Of a DNA stretch of 64,000 nt, positions 18,216 through 28,350 are shown piece by piece. The position numbers and the translations under genes are program-made. Origin of the DNA: an uncultured bacterium. Its GTDB lineage: Bacteria; Patescibacteriota; Minisyncoccia; Phycocordibacterales; UBA2100. Position 1 is the stretch's first letter. Every line of letters begins with the position of its first letter. Under the pieces are notes generated by a model. The model did not search any database and was not told where the DNA came from. It saw only the letters and a program-made list of their open reading frames with translations. Location of the stretch: NCBI GenBank assembly GCA_903824595.1, contig CAIJXH010000004.1, forward strand, positions 40,697 through 104,696. The letters run 5' to 3'.

Positions 18216-21200
18216 CTACATAAACTGTTCGGCAACATCATCGACAACTCGATTCACATCCACTGTTCTACCCGCGCGAATATCGGCGGAAAACGCCATG
18301 AGCATATCCTGAACACCCGTGATCACCGCGGGAAGCTTTTCTTCTTCTACTATACCCTTGAGTCTCGATGTCGCAATGGATGGTATCGATTCCCACAGAT
18401 TGGTAAAGGTTTTCTGCCACGGCGCGTCTGGATCCGCCACGATTGCGCGAACTTCCCTCGATTTCAGAAACGCCGCGGCTTTTCTCTGAAGCTCATCGTT
18501 TTTGCCTACCAACCGATCACGATCTTTGAGTGTGACCATCGGCGCGCGGGCGACTTCATCGCCAAATTCAGCCAGGCTTGCCAGAATTTCTTTTTTCTTC
18601 GCGACAACCTTGTTGGTCGCTTTTTGTATCTCTTCAACCTCCTTACTATACCCGCCCTCACGTTCTACTTTGACAGGAATCGCGCGCACAAGCGCTTCCG
18701 CCATCTTCACTTTGGACAATATTTCCGATCTTGCCTGTATCGCTTCGCGAGCTTCCACGCTCCGTTCGACGGAAGAAGACGCAACAACATCCGCACGGAT
18801 TGCCTCCGTCTTTGATGTCGCCTGCCCTTCTTGCTTGTCCCATTTTTTTGCGCGAGTGAAAGCTTCGGCAAACACTCCAGGTCCGCTCGTCCCCGCACTC
18901 GCGATCACTGTCCCCTCATCGCCCACATACCCAAGCCGCGCCGCGGCATGCGCGCCAACCGCACCACTATATCCCGCGAGCTCGCTCTGAAGTCGCATCA
19001 AGATGCGACGCGCTCCATCCGGATCAAACGCAACGCGAGCACGCAGCGACGCGTTCGGATCCAGGCGCTGCTGCGCCTCTTGCAAATCACTTCTCATGCG
19101 AGACTCTGTTTCCCCGTAGATGCCATACATAGGCGCATTGTTGAGTTTTCCGTTTGCAATCGCATATACCGAGTCATACAGAGAACGCGTGTCCGACAAT
19201 ATATTCATACGCCTTTCAACCTCACCCGGCATGGCACGAAGAGTCTGCTGTACTTCTTCAAATAGCGCGATGGCACCGCGAGGATCAGCATCTGCACGGA
19301 TGCGCCCGTGCCGTTCGAGCAACGCAACCGCTTTCGAATATAGTTGCGTCAATGCGAAAAAATCATCGGCAGTCATACCCGAACGATGAATCATCACAGG
19401 ATCAGCTTTTGCTTCAGCAACAGCATCTTCAACGGATTTCATGAGTGTGCGAGCCGGCTCGAGCAACACCTCCCTGTCTTTCCGCTGACGCTCTTGCTCA
19501 TTATCAGCTTCTTTTTGTTGTTCCGCATCGCGCTGATTACGCAACGCTTCTTCTTGTGTTTGGAAATATCGCACGATGTATCGATGTTCAAACACACCTG
19601 CCATGCTGTCGTACGTCTGATACGTGACGATTGCAGGATACGCATACAGCGCCTCACCACTGCGTCTCTCGGCGTATTTCATTGGAGACATGCCGAGACT
19701 CTCGACTGACGGCAGCGGACGCAACGCGACAGCCTCTACTACTTTCTCAGATCTGCCCGACCACCACGCTTCCCACTCCGCATTACATCGGTGCTCGTCA
19801 ATCGCATTTTTCAGCGACTCGATATCCTTCTGCTCGAAGCTCGTGCGTCCGATAGTGGTCCTATAGCGCACCTGCAAATCGGTGCCATGCACACCAATGA
19901 CTGGCATATCAGAATTCTCAATGCTCAGTACCGCATCAGCGGGAATAGTTATGACTGCACCGAATGTTTCCGGAGTGTTGTGCCACGGCGAATGGATAGC
20001 GGGAGTGAGATGATACTTCACCGAACATACGAAATCTCGCATGCGCACGCTTGTAGGATAGTAGTTGTTTAATTCCTCTTGCATCGTCTCATCGCAATAG
20101 TCTCGCAATGAAAGCCTGAGCCGATCATCGATACGCACCGCATCTTCTTTCGTCGAAATGCCGCCAAGACGATCTGCATACCATTGATCCATATTCGGCT
20201 TCTGTACGCGACCTCGCGAGCGAGCGTACAGCGCGTCAAGCTGTCCCAGCACATCACGATTGTATGATTCGCACGGGAGACCGATTATTCCGCTACTCAT
20301 CGCGCGCGCAAATACCTCAACAGCGCGCGCGCCCGCGATAACACGCTTCTCAACACCGAGCTGCACGCCACCACGTACCGTAGTGTACGTAACACTCGCA
20401 ACACATGTGTCCGTTGAAGGATCGTACGCTGGACTCGATTCTTGTTCGCGCACCAAATGCGGATGTATCTCACGCAGCAGCACTCCCGACACAGGATGTA
20501 CATCCGACGCGTAATTTCTCGTGATTTCGTGTCCACCGTGGGTGCCACGTCCCTCCGCTATAGAACCTGCCACACACAGCGCAGGTCTGGCATGAAACGC
20601 CGCCGATCCCGGCGAAAGCGTGATTTCTTGGTTGCCCCCCAGTGCTCGTATATAAGTCGGGAGACCGTATCCACTAGTCAGACACAACACATCAGCGGGA
20701 TATCCTGCCACAATCGCAGCTCCAAGGGACTCATCGTCGACCGTGCGCAACGAATCACCTAGCATCGAATAATCCAGACGCATCCCCGCATAGTGGGCAT
20801 AATCCTGGAGCCGATACGCGATATGCTCCAATGCTGATGCTTTTAGATAATACTTGTTGCACCACGCACGAAATTGATTTCGAGCAACTATTCCTTCGGG
20901 GATACCATCGCTTCGCATCGCCTCGATTACCCCGTTATCGATAGCAGCAATGAATATGTTGAGAGACTGGAGCAGATCGGAATTACCGCGCGAGAACACA
21001 TTTCGGATATCGCGGATGCGATCTTGCGCGCCCCGTCTCTTGTCCTGCCATGATACCCCCGCGGTACGCTCTATATCGGCATGCGATGGCAAAAGGAGTA
21101 CATTCTGCTCACGCTCAAACGCCGCAATGACCAACGCTGCCTCAATACATCCACGCCGCTGCGCTTCCACAACCATGCGGGCGATATGCGGCTCAAACGG

Positions 21201-22619
21201 CAGCTCCTTCATCTTCAATCCAATGTCGGTCAAGTGCTCCTGCTCATCAAGCGCGCCAACCATGATGAGTGTCTTGATGCCATGATCAATCGCCCCCTCC
21301 TGCGGCGCCTCCATAAATGGAAACGTACGAGGATCAATGCCCTCTCCCTTCAGACGCATCACCACCTGACTTAGATTTGCCCTCCTTATTTCCGACGCCG
21401 GATACTCCGGCAGCGCGTCGAATTCCTGCGCTGACAGTATGCGATAACACACCCCCGGCGCAACGCGACCAGCACGACCGGCGCGCTGAATCGCTTGAGA
21501 GCGAGAAATGAGCCCTGTCCCTCGCTCCACGATACCGGTGCTAGGATTGAAGACGACGGAGCGTTCGCGACAGGAGTCCACGACAATCTTGATACCGGGC
21601 ACCGTGACCGATGTCTCTGCGATATTCGTCGATACGATCACCCGCCTGCGACCGCCCTCATGTATCGACAATGCAAAATCGCGATCCTGCGGGCTCAAGC
21701 TGCCGTGAAGCGGCAATACGTCCGCCGCATCGGTCTGAATGCCAGCTCGCACGCCATTGATTACTTGCTGAATCTCACGCATACCAGGCATGAACACCAG
21801 CACATCTCCTTCTTGATCCGAACGACATACTTCAATCACCTTATCCACAACCAGGCTAATATATCCGTATTTGACACCACGATCATCCAATACCGGACGC
21901 TCGCCAGGCGAACAGTGCCGATGATCAATCGGATGCGATCTGCCCTCGACTTCCATGTGATCATCGCCTTGTGAACCAAAAAATGCATGCATTCGCTTCG
22001 CGTCAAACGTTGCACTTGTCAAGAGCACCGGCGGCGCACTACCTTGTTCGCGCATATATTTGATAAGACCGAGTGCAAGATGATTATCGAGTGAGCCTTC
22101 ATGCACTTCATCGAGTATCAAAGCGCCGATACTATCTTTTGAAACTGCACCTTCCTGGAGGTACCGGAGGAGAACACCCGGTGTCACAACCACAATGGCG
22201 CTATCCGACTTTCCAACCTTCGCTTCCGACGTACGAAATCCGACACCCTTGCCTAATTCTTCCCGCGACACTGCGGCAACTGCGCGAGCAATGCCACTTG
22301 CCGCATCGCGACGTGGCTGCATCATGAGTATTCGATCAGGCAATCCGAGCTGCTGTATTGCCGCGCGCACGGCAACGGGAGAAAAGACGGATTTTCCCGA
22401 CCCTGTGGGTGCAAGGAGTGTGAAAACACCAGATCCACAAGCGGCAGCTGCGAATCTATCGGTCAATTCGCGCATACGATGTCGTATCGGCAAGTCCTGC
22501 GCTTCAATGCGTCGCCGTAATTCTTCTTGACGATCGAAACTCGCGTACTTCATTTCTCCCGTCTCAAACGAAACCGTATTACGTCCCATTCTATTGGGTC
22601 TTGCCTCAAGTCCATCCAT
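18216..22619 (-). CDS. HrpA-like DEAH-box ATP-dependent helicase with long coiled-coil-rich C-terminal extension (~1470 aa).
   Basis: Motifs APTGSGKS (I), ILDEVHEGS (II, DEVH), SATFD (III), TNIAETSVTVPG (V), QRAGRAGR (VI), followed by an HA2-like region and ~650 aa of Glu/Arg/Gln-rich sequence. Start uncertain (22619 or 22679). Confidence 0.7.
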   Translation of the reverse strand: MDGLEARPNRMGRNTVSFETGEMKYASFDRQEELRRRIEAQDLPIRHRMRELTDRFAAAACGSGVFTLLAPTGSGKSVFSPVAVRAAIQQLGLPDRILMMQPRRDAASGIARAVAAVSREELGKGVGFRTSEAKVGKSDSAIVVVTPGVLLRYLQEGAVSKDSIGALILDEVHEGSLDNHLALGLIKYMREQGSAPPVLLTSATFDAKRMHAFFGSQGDDHMEVEGRSHPIDHRHCSPGERPVLDDRGVKYGYISLVVDKVIEVCRSDQEGDVLVFMPGMREIQQVINGVRAGIQTDAADVLPLHGSLSPQDRDFALSIHEGGRRRVIVSTNIAETSVTVPGIKIVVDSCRERSVVFNPSTGIVERGTGLISRSQAIQRAGRAGRVAPGVCYRILSAQEFDALPEYPASEIRRANLSQVVMRLKGEGIDPRTFPFMEAPQEGAIDHGIKTLIMVGALDEQEHLTDIGLKMKELPFEPHIARMVVEAQRRGCIEAALVIAAFEREQNVLLLPSHADIERTAGVSWQDKRRGAQDRIRDIRNVFSRGNSDLLQSLNIFIAAIDNGVIEAMRSDGIPEGIVARNQFRAWCNKYYLKASALEHIAYRLQDYAHYAGMRLDYSMLGDSLRTVDDESLGAAIVAGYPADVLCLTSGYGLPTYIRALGGNQEITLSPGSAAFHARPALCVAGSIAEGRGTHGGHEITRNYASDVHPVSGVLLREIHPHLVREQESSPAYDPSTDTCVASVTYTTVRGGVQLGVEKRVIAGARAVEVFARAMSSGIIGLPCESYNRDVLGQLDALYARSRGRVQKPNMDQWYADRLGGISTKEDAVRIDDRLRLSLRDYCDETMQEELNNYYPTSVRMRDFVCSVKYHLTPAIHSPWHNTPETFGAVITIPADAVLSIENSDMPVIGVHGTDLQVRYRTTIGRTSFEQKDIESLKNAIDEHRCNAEWEAWWSGRSEKVVEAVALRPLPSVESLGMSPMKYAERRSGEALYAYPAIVTYQTYDSMAGVFEHRYIVRYFQTQEEALRNQRDAEQQKEADNEQERQRKDREVLLEPARTLMKSVEDAVAEAKADPVMIHRSGMTADDFFALTQLYSKAVALLERHGRIRADADPRGAIALFEEVQQTLRAMPGEVERRMNILSDTRSLYDSVYAIANGKLNNAPMYGIYGETESRMRSDLQEAQQRLDPNASLRARVAFDPDGARRILMRLQSELAGYSGAVGAHAAARLGYVGDEGTVIASAGTSGPGVFAEAFTRAKKWDKQEGQATSKTEAIRADVVASSSVERSVEAREAIQARSEILSKVKMAEALVRAIPVKVEREGGYSKEVEEIQKATNKVVAKKKEILASLAEFGDEVARAPMVTLKDRDRLVGKNDELQRKAAAFLKSREVRAIVADPDAPWQKTFTNLWESIPSIATSRLKGIVEEEKLPAVITGVQDMLMAFSADIRAGRTVDVNRVVDDVAEQFM

Positions 22620-22621
22620 AC

Positions 22622-23284
22622 CTATTGCATCAGGATACTGTCTTCGTACCACACAGACTTCGACCCGACAGCAAACCAATCAAACGCGAGCAGCGCGGGT
22701 AGTGTCGGGCACACACCACGCAACATAACGTGCTCTTTGTATGGTGAGCTCTGATAGAGAATCGTGAGAAATGCACGCAGACGATCACCCGAACCACTCA
22801 TCCCTGCCTCATCCCATATTTCATGCAACAACATGACACATTCACCATTTTTCTTGTCGACATCTTGCGCCGCAACAAAGGAAAGCAGTTCGTCTTTCGT
22901 CCATTCTGTCGGGAGAATGACGTCAAGCGGCTGGATACATGCACCGGTATCCATCAGAGAATACAGCAGTGTGGCGGGGGCGGTGTCGGTATTTCGATAC
23001 GTGCACGCCGCCGCAATGTTCTTCACCGCAGCAAACAGCGGCATCATGAAGAGAAGCGGCGCATCACCACACAACTCAACCGCCTCGCTCGAAATTGAAC
23101 GCACGAGCATATCTATTTCATATCGCACGCGCGCCGCATCATGCACCCATGCACCTGCAACGCCAGGGATACGTACTGTACAGTATTCAACAAGAGACTC
23201 CGTACATACAGAATTCCCCATATCGCACCAGTATATCACGCACCGCTTGTGTCTCGAGTATTCTGCACCTCTCCGCCTCCACAC
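22622..23284 (-). CDS. Hypothetical protein (no recognisable motif), co-directional and overlapping upstream of the helicase.
   Basis: ORF only. The real start may be the internal Met at ~23221. Confidence 0.3.
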   Translation of the reverse strand: MWRRRGAEYSRHKRCVIYWCDMGNSVCTESLVEYCTVRIPGVAGAWVHDAARVRYEIDMLVRSISSEAVELCGDAPLLFMMPLFAAVKNIAAACTYRNTDTAPATLLYSLMDTGACIQPLDVILPTEWTKDELLSFVAAQDVDKKNGECVMLLHEIWDEAGMSGSGDRLRAFLTILYQSSPYKEHVMLRGVCPTLPALLAFDWFAVGSKSVWYEDSILMQ

Positions 23285-23835
23285 ATATTATCTTGATAAT
23301 ATCGGAACATCGGACTCTCGCGCAAATTTTGTTCAAGCTCCATAAAACGCTGGAACTTGTCGCAAAATTGCCGCGCGATGTTTTTGAACTCATCGCTTTG
23401 CCTCTCATCGACTTCGAGGAAAGAATCGTCAGCGCCACACGCAAGCTGGTCGCATTCTTCAGAAATCACAGCGATCTGTCTGATGTCTTTGCGAAACCTG
23501 AACAGTGTCCTCTGATTTACTGTCGTAGAACCATGAAGAGGATCGATAAAATTACCATTGACCATCTGGTACATCGGGAAGATTTCTTTCGCGAAAGACG
23601 ACATGTGTCGGATGCTTTCTACCATATGATCAAAAGCCTCAATAGGCCTCATGGTTTCCGGAATGGTCAGTTTCTCGGCGATCGAAGTCGATTCGCCCAT
23701 TTCGCTTTCCGGAACAGTACGCAAGTGACGTGCAGTATCCATCGTATGTGCACCAAGAGCTGCTGCTCCAAAACCAACCATACCAGCTGCCTTAATAAAC
23801 TGACGACGATTCAAATGTTCACCCTCAATACTCAT
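23236..23835 (-). CDS. Hypothetical exported protein with twin-arginine (Tat) signal peptide.
   Basis: N-terminus NRRQFIKAAGMVGFGAAALGAHT fits the S/T-R-R-x-F-L-K Tat consensus plus an h-region and AxA site. Confidence 0.45.
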   Translation of the reverse strand: MSIEGEHLNRRQFIKAAGMVGFGAAALGAHTMDTARHLRTVPESEMGESTSIAEKLTIPETMRPIEAFDHMVESIRHMSSFAKEIFPMYQMVNGNFIDPLHGSTTVNQRTLFRFRKDIRQIAVISEECDQLACGADDSFLEVDERQSDEFKNIARQFCDKFQRFMELEQNLRESPMFRYYQDNMCGGGEVQNTRDTSGA

Positions 23836-24086
23836 GCAATCATAGTATCATATAATTTCGCATCGATGAGTGCTGCCCGCATATCCCACGTGGAAGCAAA
23901 GACGAGCGCGGGCTGCGCGAGGATGAGGCAGAGGGCAAGGGTGGTGAGGTGAGGAAGGGTTTCGTTGGGTTATTTTCCGAATGTATTTTTGTATTCATCA
24001 GCATGTTTCTGAAAAAAGGTCAAAAATACTTCTATGGGGATAGTAGCATTGGAAAATACGGTGGGTTCTACGATAGATATCTCGCT

Positions 24087-24947
24087 CTACCGCTGTAATA
24101 CCTGCACTCTTTTGCCATCCGACTGAAACGTGATGGTACCCTGATCGCACGTATCAAGCGCCTGAACACCAAACCGATGGAAGATCGCTACCGTCTCCGC
24201 ATGCGGAAAACCATAGGTATTTTTGCATGCTCGCGAATACACCACATACTGCGGATCAACATATCCGACAAACAGAGGCGATGATGATGTTCTTGAACCA
24301 TGATGCCCTGCTTTGAGCACATTTGATTTGAGTGTCGCGCCGTCCAGAGAAGCTATGTAATTTTCAACCGCTCGCGGCGCGTCGCATGAAAACATGAACG
24401 ACGTCGTCCCATACACGAGCCGTGCGATCACGCATCCCACATTCGTGTCCACCGATGATACACGACGATCAGGCGACAGTATTTCGAGATACGCTCCCTT
24501 TCCTAAATCGATAATTTGTCCGCGCTGTGCCGTCACACGCAACGCACCCTCCTCATCTGCTTCTTTTTCAAACGTATTCCACGCCGCAGTACTACCCTGT
24601 ACGCTCGATTGCATAATCATGCCTATTCGATAACGAGGCAACACATCGATAAGTCCACCGATATGATCCATGTCTGGATGCGTCGCAATCATCACGTCTA
24701 TCGAGCGACTCCTCCAGGACATACGCGCACCGAGCTCGCGTACTACGCTCACATCCGGTCCGCCGTCGATAAGCACAGTCCTCCCAGACGGACTCACCAT
24801 AAACACCGCATCACCTTGCCCTACATCAAGAAACGATACGGTGAGCAATGTGCCATTTTCTTGCGACAATACGACATACCAAATACACACAACCCCCAAC
24901 GCCAATATCCCCACTACGATTCCTGCAACGCGAGCACTCGTGCGCAT
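24087..24947 (-). CDS. Membrane-anchored metallo-beta-lactamase-fold protein of the ComEC/Rec2 C-terminal type.
   Basis: One N-terminal TM, then VSFLDVGQGDAVFM...IDGG and the HPDMDHIGGL motif typical of the ComEC MBL domain. Confidence 0.65.
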   Translation of the reverse strand: MRTSARVAGIVVGILALGVVCIWYVVLSQENGTLLTVSFLDVGQGDAVFMVSPSGRTVLIDGGPDVSVVRELGARMSWRSRSIDVMIATHPDMDHIGGLIDVLPRYRIGMIMQSSVQGSTAAWNTFEKEADEEGALRVTAQRGQIIDLGKGAYLEILSPDRRVSSVDTNVGCVIARLVYGTTSFMFSCDAPRAVENYIASLDGATLKSNVLKAGHHGSRTSSSPLFVGYVDPQYVVYSRACKNTYGFPHAETVAIFHRFGVQALDTCDQGTITFQSDGKRVQVLQR

Positions 24948-24992
24948 CCTTGTATCATATACCCACGCGAACGCGAAACATCACCCAATCGC

Positions 24993-25259
24993 CTATTTCG
25001 TGATCACGGCAATGCGTTTCGTTATGCGCGATTTTATGCGTGCACCTGCGTTTTTCTTGATAAGACCCTGCTTTACCGCTTTATCTACCGCCTGATAGAG
25101 CGACGGGAGCTGTTTTTCTGCTTCGCTGCCTTTTTTGGAGACAATAGATTTTGAAACTTCTTTGATAGAAGTCTTCATGGTTTTCTTGCGGCGCGCATTG
25201 AATACGGCGCGGCGATCCGCCACGCGCTGTGCTTTCTTTGCCGAACTGGTATGTGCCAT
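24993..25259 (-). CDS. rpsT: 30S ribosomal protein S20.
   Basis: MAHTSSAKKAQRVADRRAVFNARRKK... basic, ~88 aa. Confidence 0.85.
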   Translation of the reverse strand: MAHTSSAKKAQRVADRRAVFNARRKKTMKTSIKEVSKSIVSKKGSEAEKQLPSLYQAVDKAVKQGLIKKNAGARIKSRITKRIAVITK

Positions 25260-25312
25260 GCCGAGACTGTACACGAAATGCGCTTCTCGCGCAACCGCGC
25301 TATGATAGTGGC

Positions 25313-25885
25313 ATGATCGGACACATACAGGGCACGGTTTTTGCCGCTCGAGCGGGGTTTGTTATTGTCTCCGCGGGGGACGTTGGATACAAAGTGGCAG
25401 CTACCAACGAAACCATACGCCAATCCCCCCCGGGGGCACGCGTCGGACTATGGACGTATCTTGCGGTACGCGAAACAGCGCTCGATCTCTACGGGTTTGC
25501 AGATGAATCGGAACTCCGCATATTTGAATTACTTCTCACCGTCTCCGGGATCGGCCCCAAGTCGGCACTTGCCATCCTAGACATTTCTCACGCTGAAACA
25601 CTTCGAAGCGCCATTGCCAGCGGTAACGCAGGATACCTTACGAAAGTCTCTGGTATCGGCAAGAAGACTGCCGAGAAGATCGTCCTTGAACTTCGCGACA
25701 AGATCGGTGCCAGCATCGATACACGCGGGCACACGCTGTCGGGCGACGAAGAAGCACTCGAAGCTATGAAGGCGCTTGGCTATGCGAGCACTGAAGCGCG
25801 CGATATATTACGAACCGTCCCCCCCACTTTCGTCACGGGAACAGAACGTTTGCGAGAAGCGCTTCGTATTGCAGGAAGAGCATAA
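25313..25885 (+). CDS. ruvA: Holliday junction branch migration protein RuvA.
   Basis: MIGHIQGTV...GYKVAATNET...LYGFADESELRIFELLLTVSGIGPKSALAIL (HhH motifs). Confidence 0.85.
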   Translation: MIGHIQGTVFAARAGFVIVSAGDVGYKVAATNETIRQSPPGARVGLWTYLAVRETALDLYGFADESELRIFELLLTVSGIGPKSALAILDISHAETLRSAIASGNAGYLTKVSGIGKKTAEKIVLELRDKIGASIDTRGHTLSGDEEALEAMKALGYASTEARDILRTVPPTFVTGTERLREALRIAGRA

Positions 25886-25892
25886 CCACGGT

Positions 25893-27167
25893 ATGCAACC
25901 CAACACCACCGCGTTCAAGAAAATCATTCACTCGTGCGGGCGCATGATTCAAACGGCATATCACTATGCGCTTGCGTGGCTTGGCGATGTCGTCTACGAA
26001 CATCCTTCCGCGTCGATCATGGTAATTGCAGTAACAGGCACCAAAGGCAAATCGAGTGTGACGGAAATGATCAATGCGATTCTTGAAGCCGATGGGCGCG
26101 TTACGGCAGTCTCAAATTCAATTCGTTTCAAAATCGCCCGTACATCTACACCCAACACAACACGCATGTCGATGCCGGGGCGTTTCGCTCTGCAGAGATT
26201 CCTCTCCGACGCAGTCGATGCGGGATGTTCGGTTGCTATCGTGGAAATGACATCGGAGGGTGCGCGACAATATCGGCATCGATTCATAGAGCTCGACGCG
26301 CTCGTATTTACCAATCTCGCGCCAGAACACATTGAATCGCACGGATCATTCAGTGCATACGCCGATGCAAAATATCGCATCGGATCCAATCTTGTTCGAT
26401 CGTCCAAGCGGCCGCGCATAGTGGTTGCAAATGCAGACGATCCAGAAAGCACGCGTTACCTCACCCTACCCATCGAGCAACCACTTCCCGTTACCCTCAA
26501 AGACGGCTCGCCCTATAGCGCCGATGGAAGAGGGGCGACGTTCACATTTGATAACACAAGCATTCATATTTCGTTTCCCGGGGAATTTTCGATTCGCAAC
26601 GCGCTCGCCGCAGCAACACTCACGCGCGCTCTTGGCATATCCACCGCAACAATCGCGCGTGGACTACGCGCGCTCACAATCATACCGGGCAGAGCAGAAC
26701 GCATCGAAGCGGGGCAGAACTTTACCGTCATCGTCGACTACGCGCACACGCCCGACTCGCTCGAGGCTCTCTATTCCGCGTATGGCAGCATGCGCAAAAT
26801 TTGCGTGCTTGGCTCATGCGGCGGCGGACGCGACACATGGAAAAGACCGCTCATGGGTCACATCGCGAGTACTCATTGCGATACCGTTATTCTCACCAAT
26901 GAAGATCCGTACGATGAGGATCCGAGAGTCATCGTAGGCGACCTCTCGCATGGCATGGGAAGCAAAACACCAGAGATCATCATGGATCGCCGTCTTGCCA
27001 TTCGCCGCGCGCTCGAACTCGCTCACGCCAGTGATGTGGTATTGATAACAGGCAAAGGAACCGACCCGTCGATCATGGGACCACGCGGCACTCACTCTCC
27101 ATGGAGTGACGCAGAAGTTACACGATCAGAAATAGAATCACTCCTCAAGAAAAGGAGCGCGCTATAA
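25893..27167 (+). CDS. Mur ligase family protein, MurE-like (UDP-MurNAc-tripeptide synthetase), short form.
   Basis: ATP-binding VIAVTGTKGKSS, DYAHTPDSLEAL, CGGGRDTWKRPLMG (MurE-type GGDRDKGKRP region). Confidence 0.65.
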   Translation: MQPNTTAFKKIIHSCGRMIQTAYHYALAWLGDVVYEHPSASIMVIAVTGTKGKSSVTEMINAILEADGRVTAVSNSIRFKIARTSTPNTTRMSMPGRFALQRFLSDAVDAGCSVAIVEMTSEGARQYRHRFIELDALVFTNLAPEHIESHGSFSAYADAKYRIGSNLVRSSKRPRIVVANADDPESTRYLTLPIEQPLPVTLKDGSPYSADGRGATFTFDNTSIHISFPGEFSIRNALAAATLTRALGISTATIARGLRALTIIPGRAERIEAGQNFTVIVDYAHTPDSLEALYSAYGSMRKICVLGSCGGGRDTWKRPLMGHIASTHCDTVILTNEDPYDEDPRVIVGDLSHGMGSKTPEIIMDRRLAIRRALELAHASDVVLITGKGTDPSIMGPRGTHSPWSDAEVTRSEIESLLKKRSAL

Positions 27168-27175
27168 TACGCACC

Positions 27176-27514
27176 ATGATACTCAAGATTTTGAAGTGGA
27201 TCGTTATCACCATAGTCGTCGGACTGTTTCTGCTGTGGCTCGGCACAGGAGGCTTCAGTGCCATAATTGCCAATGCAAAAAAATTCTCAAACCCGATACA
27301 AAGCGTACCCGATGTTGGCTCTCTCGTTGCCAAAGGATTGCAGTGGAATTTTGTATTGCCGTGGCAGCCCGACCTGACTCAACTCGGAGCCCACCTCTCT
27401 CCCGATACCACCGATTCGAGCACTTCCCTCGACAGCGCCGCGATTCAAGAAGAAGTGTCGTCCATAAAAAACCAGGTTGATTCCCTTGAGTCGTATATCA
27501 ACCACAAAAACTGA
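27176..27514 (+). CDS. Small hypothetical membrane protein (N-terminal TM).
   Basis: ORF with hydrophobic N-terminus WIVITIVVGLFLLWLG. Confidence 0.35.
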   Translation: MILKILKWIVITIVVGLFLLWLGTGGFSAIIANAKKFSNPIQSVPDVGSLVAKGLQWNFVLPWQPDLTQLGAHLSPDTTDSSTSLDSAAIQEEVSSIKNQVDSLESYINHKN

Positions 27515-27965
27515 AGAGAATAACGCCTGCCGCAACAGAAACATTGAGTGATTCCTTTTGCCCGTGCATGGGAATTTCGATGAGTGCGTCGCACCGATCG
27601 CGGAGTGCGGGAGCGATACCACGCACTTCGTTGCCAAAAATAAACAGTGTGCGCGCAGCGGCGACAAACTTCCGATAGTCGATTGATCGCGCGTCTTGCT
27701 CCACTCCCACGATTGTCCATCCTTCTTTCTTGAGTCGTTCAATAACGACGACAGGCGACGTGGCATATTCCCAGCGCATAGATGTCTCCGCACCGAGCGC
27801 CGTTTTTGCAATCTCCTTTTGCGGACGACCGAAGCGATCCACGGGCACTGGCGTATAGCCCGAAAGATAGACGGCAGACGCACCGGCGCCGTCGGCACTC
27901 CGAAGCACCGATCCCACATTGTGAGCGCTTCGCACATTATGCAACAGCACCGCGATTTCACGCAT
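27498..27965 (-). CDS. SpoU/TrmH-family RNA 2'-O-methyltransferase.
   Basis: LHNVRSAHNVGSVLRSADGAG, IFGNEVRGI, NVSVAAGVILF (SPOUT motifs). Start at MREIAV. Confidence 0.75.
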   Translation of the reverse strand: MREIAVLLHNVRSAHNVGSVLRSADGAGASAVYLSGYTPVPVDRFGRPQKEIAKTALGAETSMRWEYATSPVVVIERLKKEGWTIVGVEQDARSIDYRKFVAAARTLFIFGNEVRGIAPALRDRCDALIEIPMHGQKESLNVSVAAGVILFSFCG

Positions 27966-27999
27966 GGCGACACAGTACCATGCCGTGTATAATCGTGAC

Positions 28000-28335
28000 A
28001 TGTTTGCGATATTTCCAAATATTCTATTCCTCGCGCCGCTTGCGCCACTCATCATCCGCGTCGCTCTTGCGGTGGTTTTTGTCTACTGCGCATGGCAACA
28101 CATGAAAACACGCAGTCTCTTGGCGTCGGCACTCATTGAAACAATCATCGCCACCGCTCTTGCCGCCGGCGCATGGACACAGCCCGCCGCACTGCTCGCT
28201 CTTTTTGTCCTTGGCACTATGCTGTTGCAATCCAGTCGCCCCCTCGCCCGCCCCACTCTTTTCCTCGCACTCGTCATGTGCCTCTCCCTCATCCTCACCG
28301 GCGCAGGAGCGCTCGCTTTCGATCTACCGCTCTGA
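28000..28335 (+). CDS. Small polytopic membrane protein (DoxX-like, hypothetical).
   Basis: ~110 aa, 3-4 predicted TM helices. Confidence 0.35.
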   Translation: MFAIFPNILFLAPLAPLIIRVALAVVFVYCAWQHMKTRSLLASALIETIIATALAAGAWTQPAALLALFVLGTMLLQSSRPLARPTLFLALVMCLSLILTGAGALAFDLPL

Positions 28336-28350
28336 TTCGCGCCGACGCAA

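Noticed and set aside
18216-22679. Reverse transcriptase / diversity-generating retroelement within or near the giant ORFs.
   Set aside because: No YxDD RT motif found in any ORF. No template/variable near-repeats noticed around the giant proteins.
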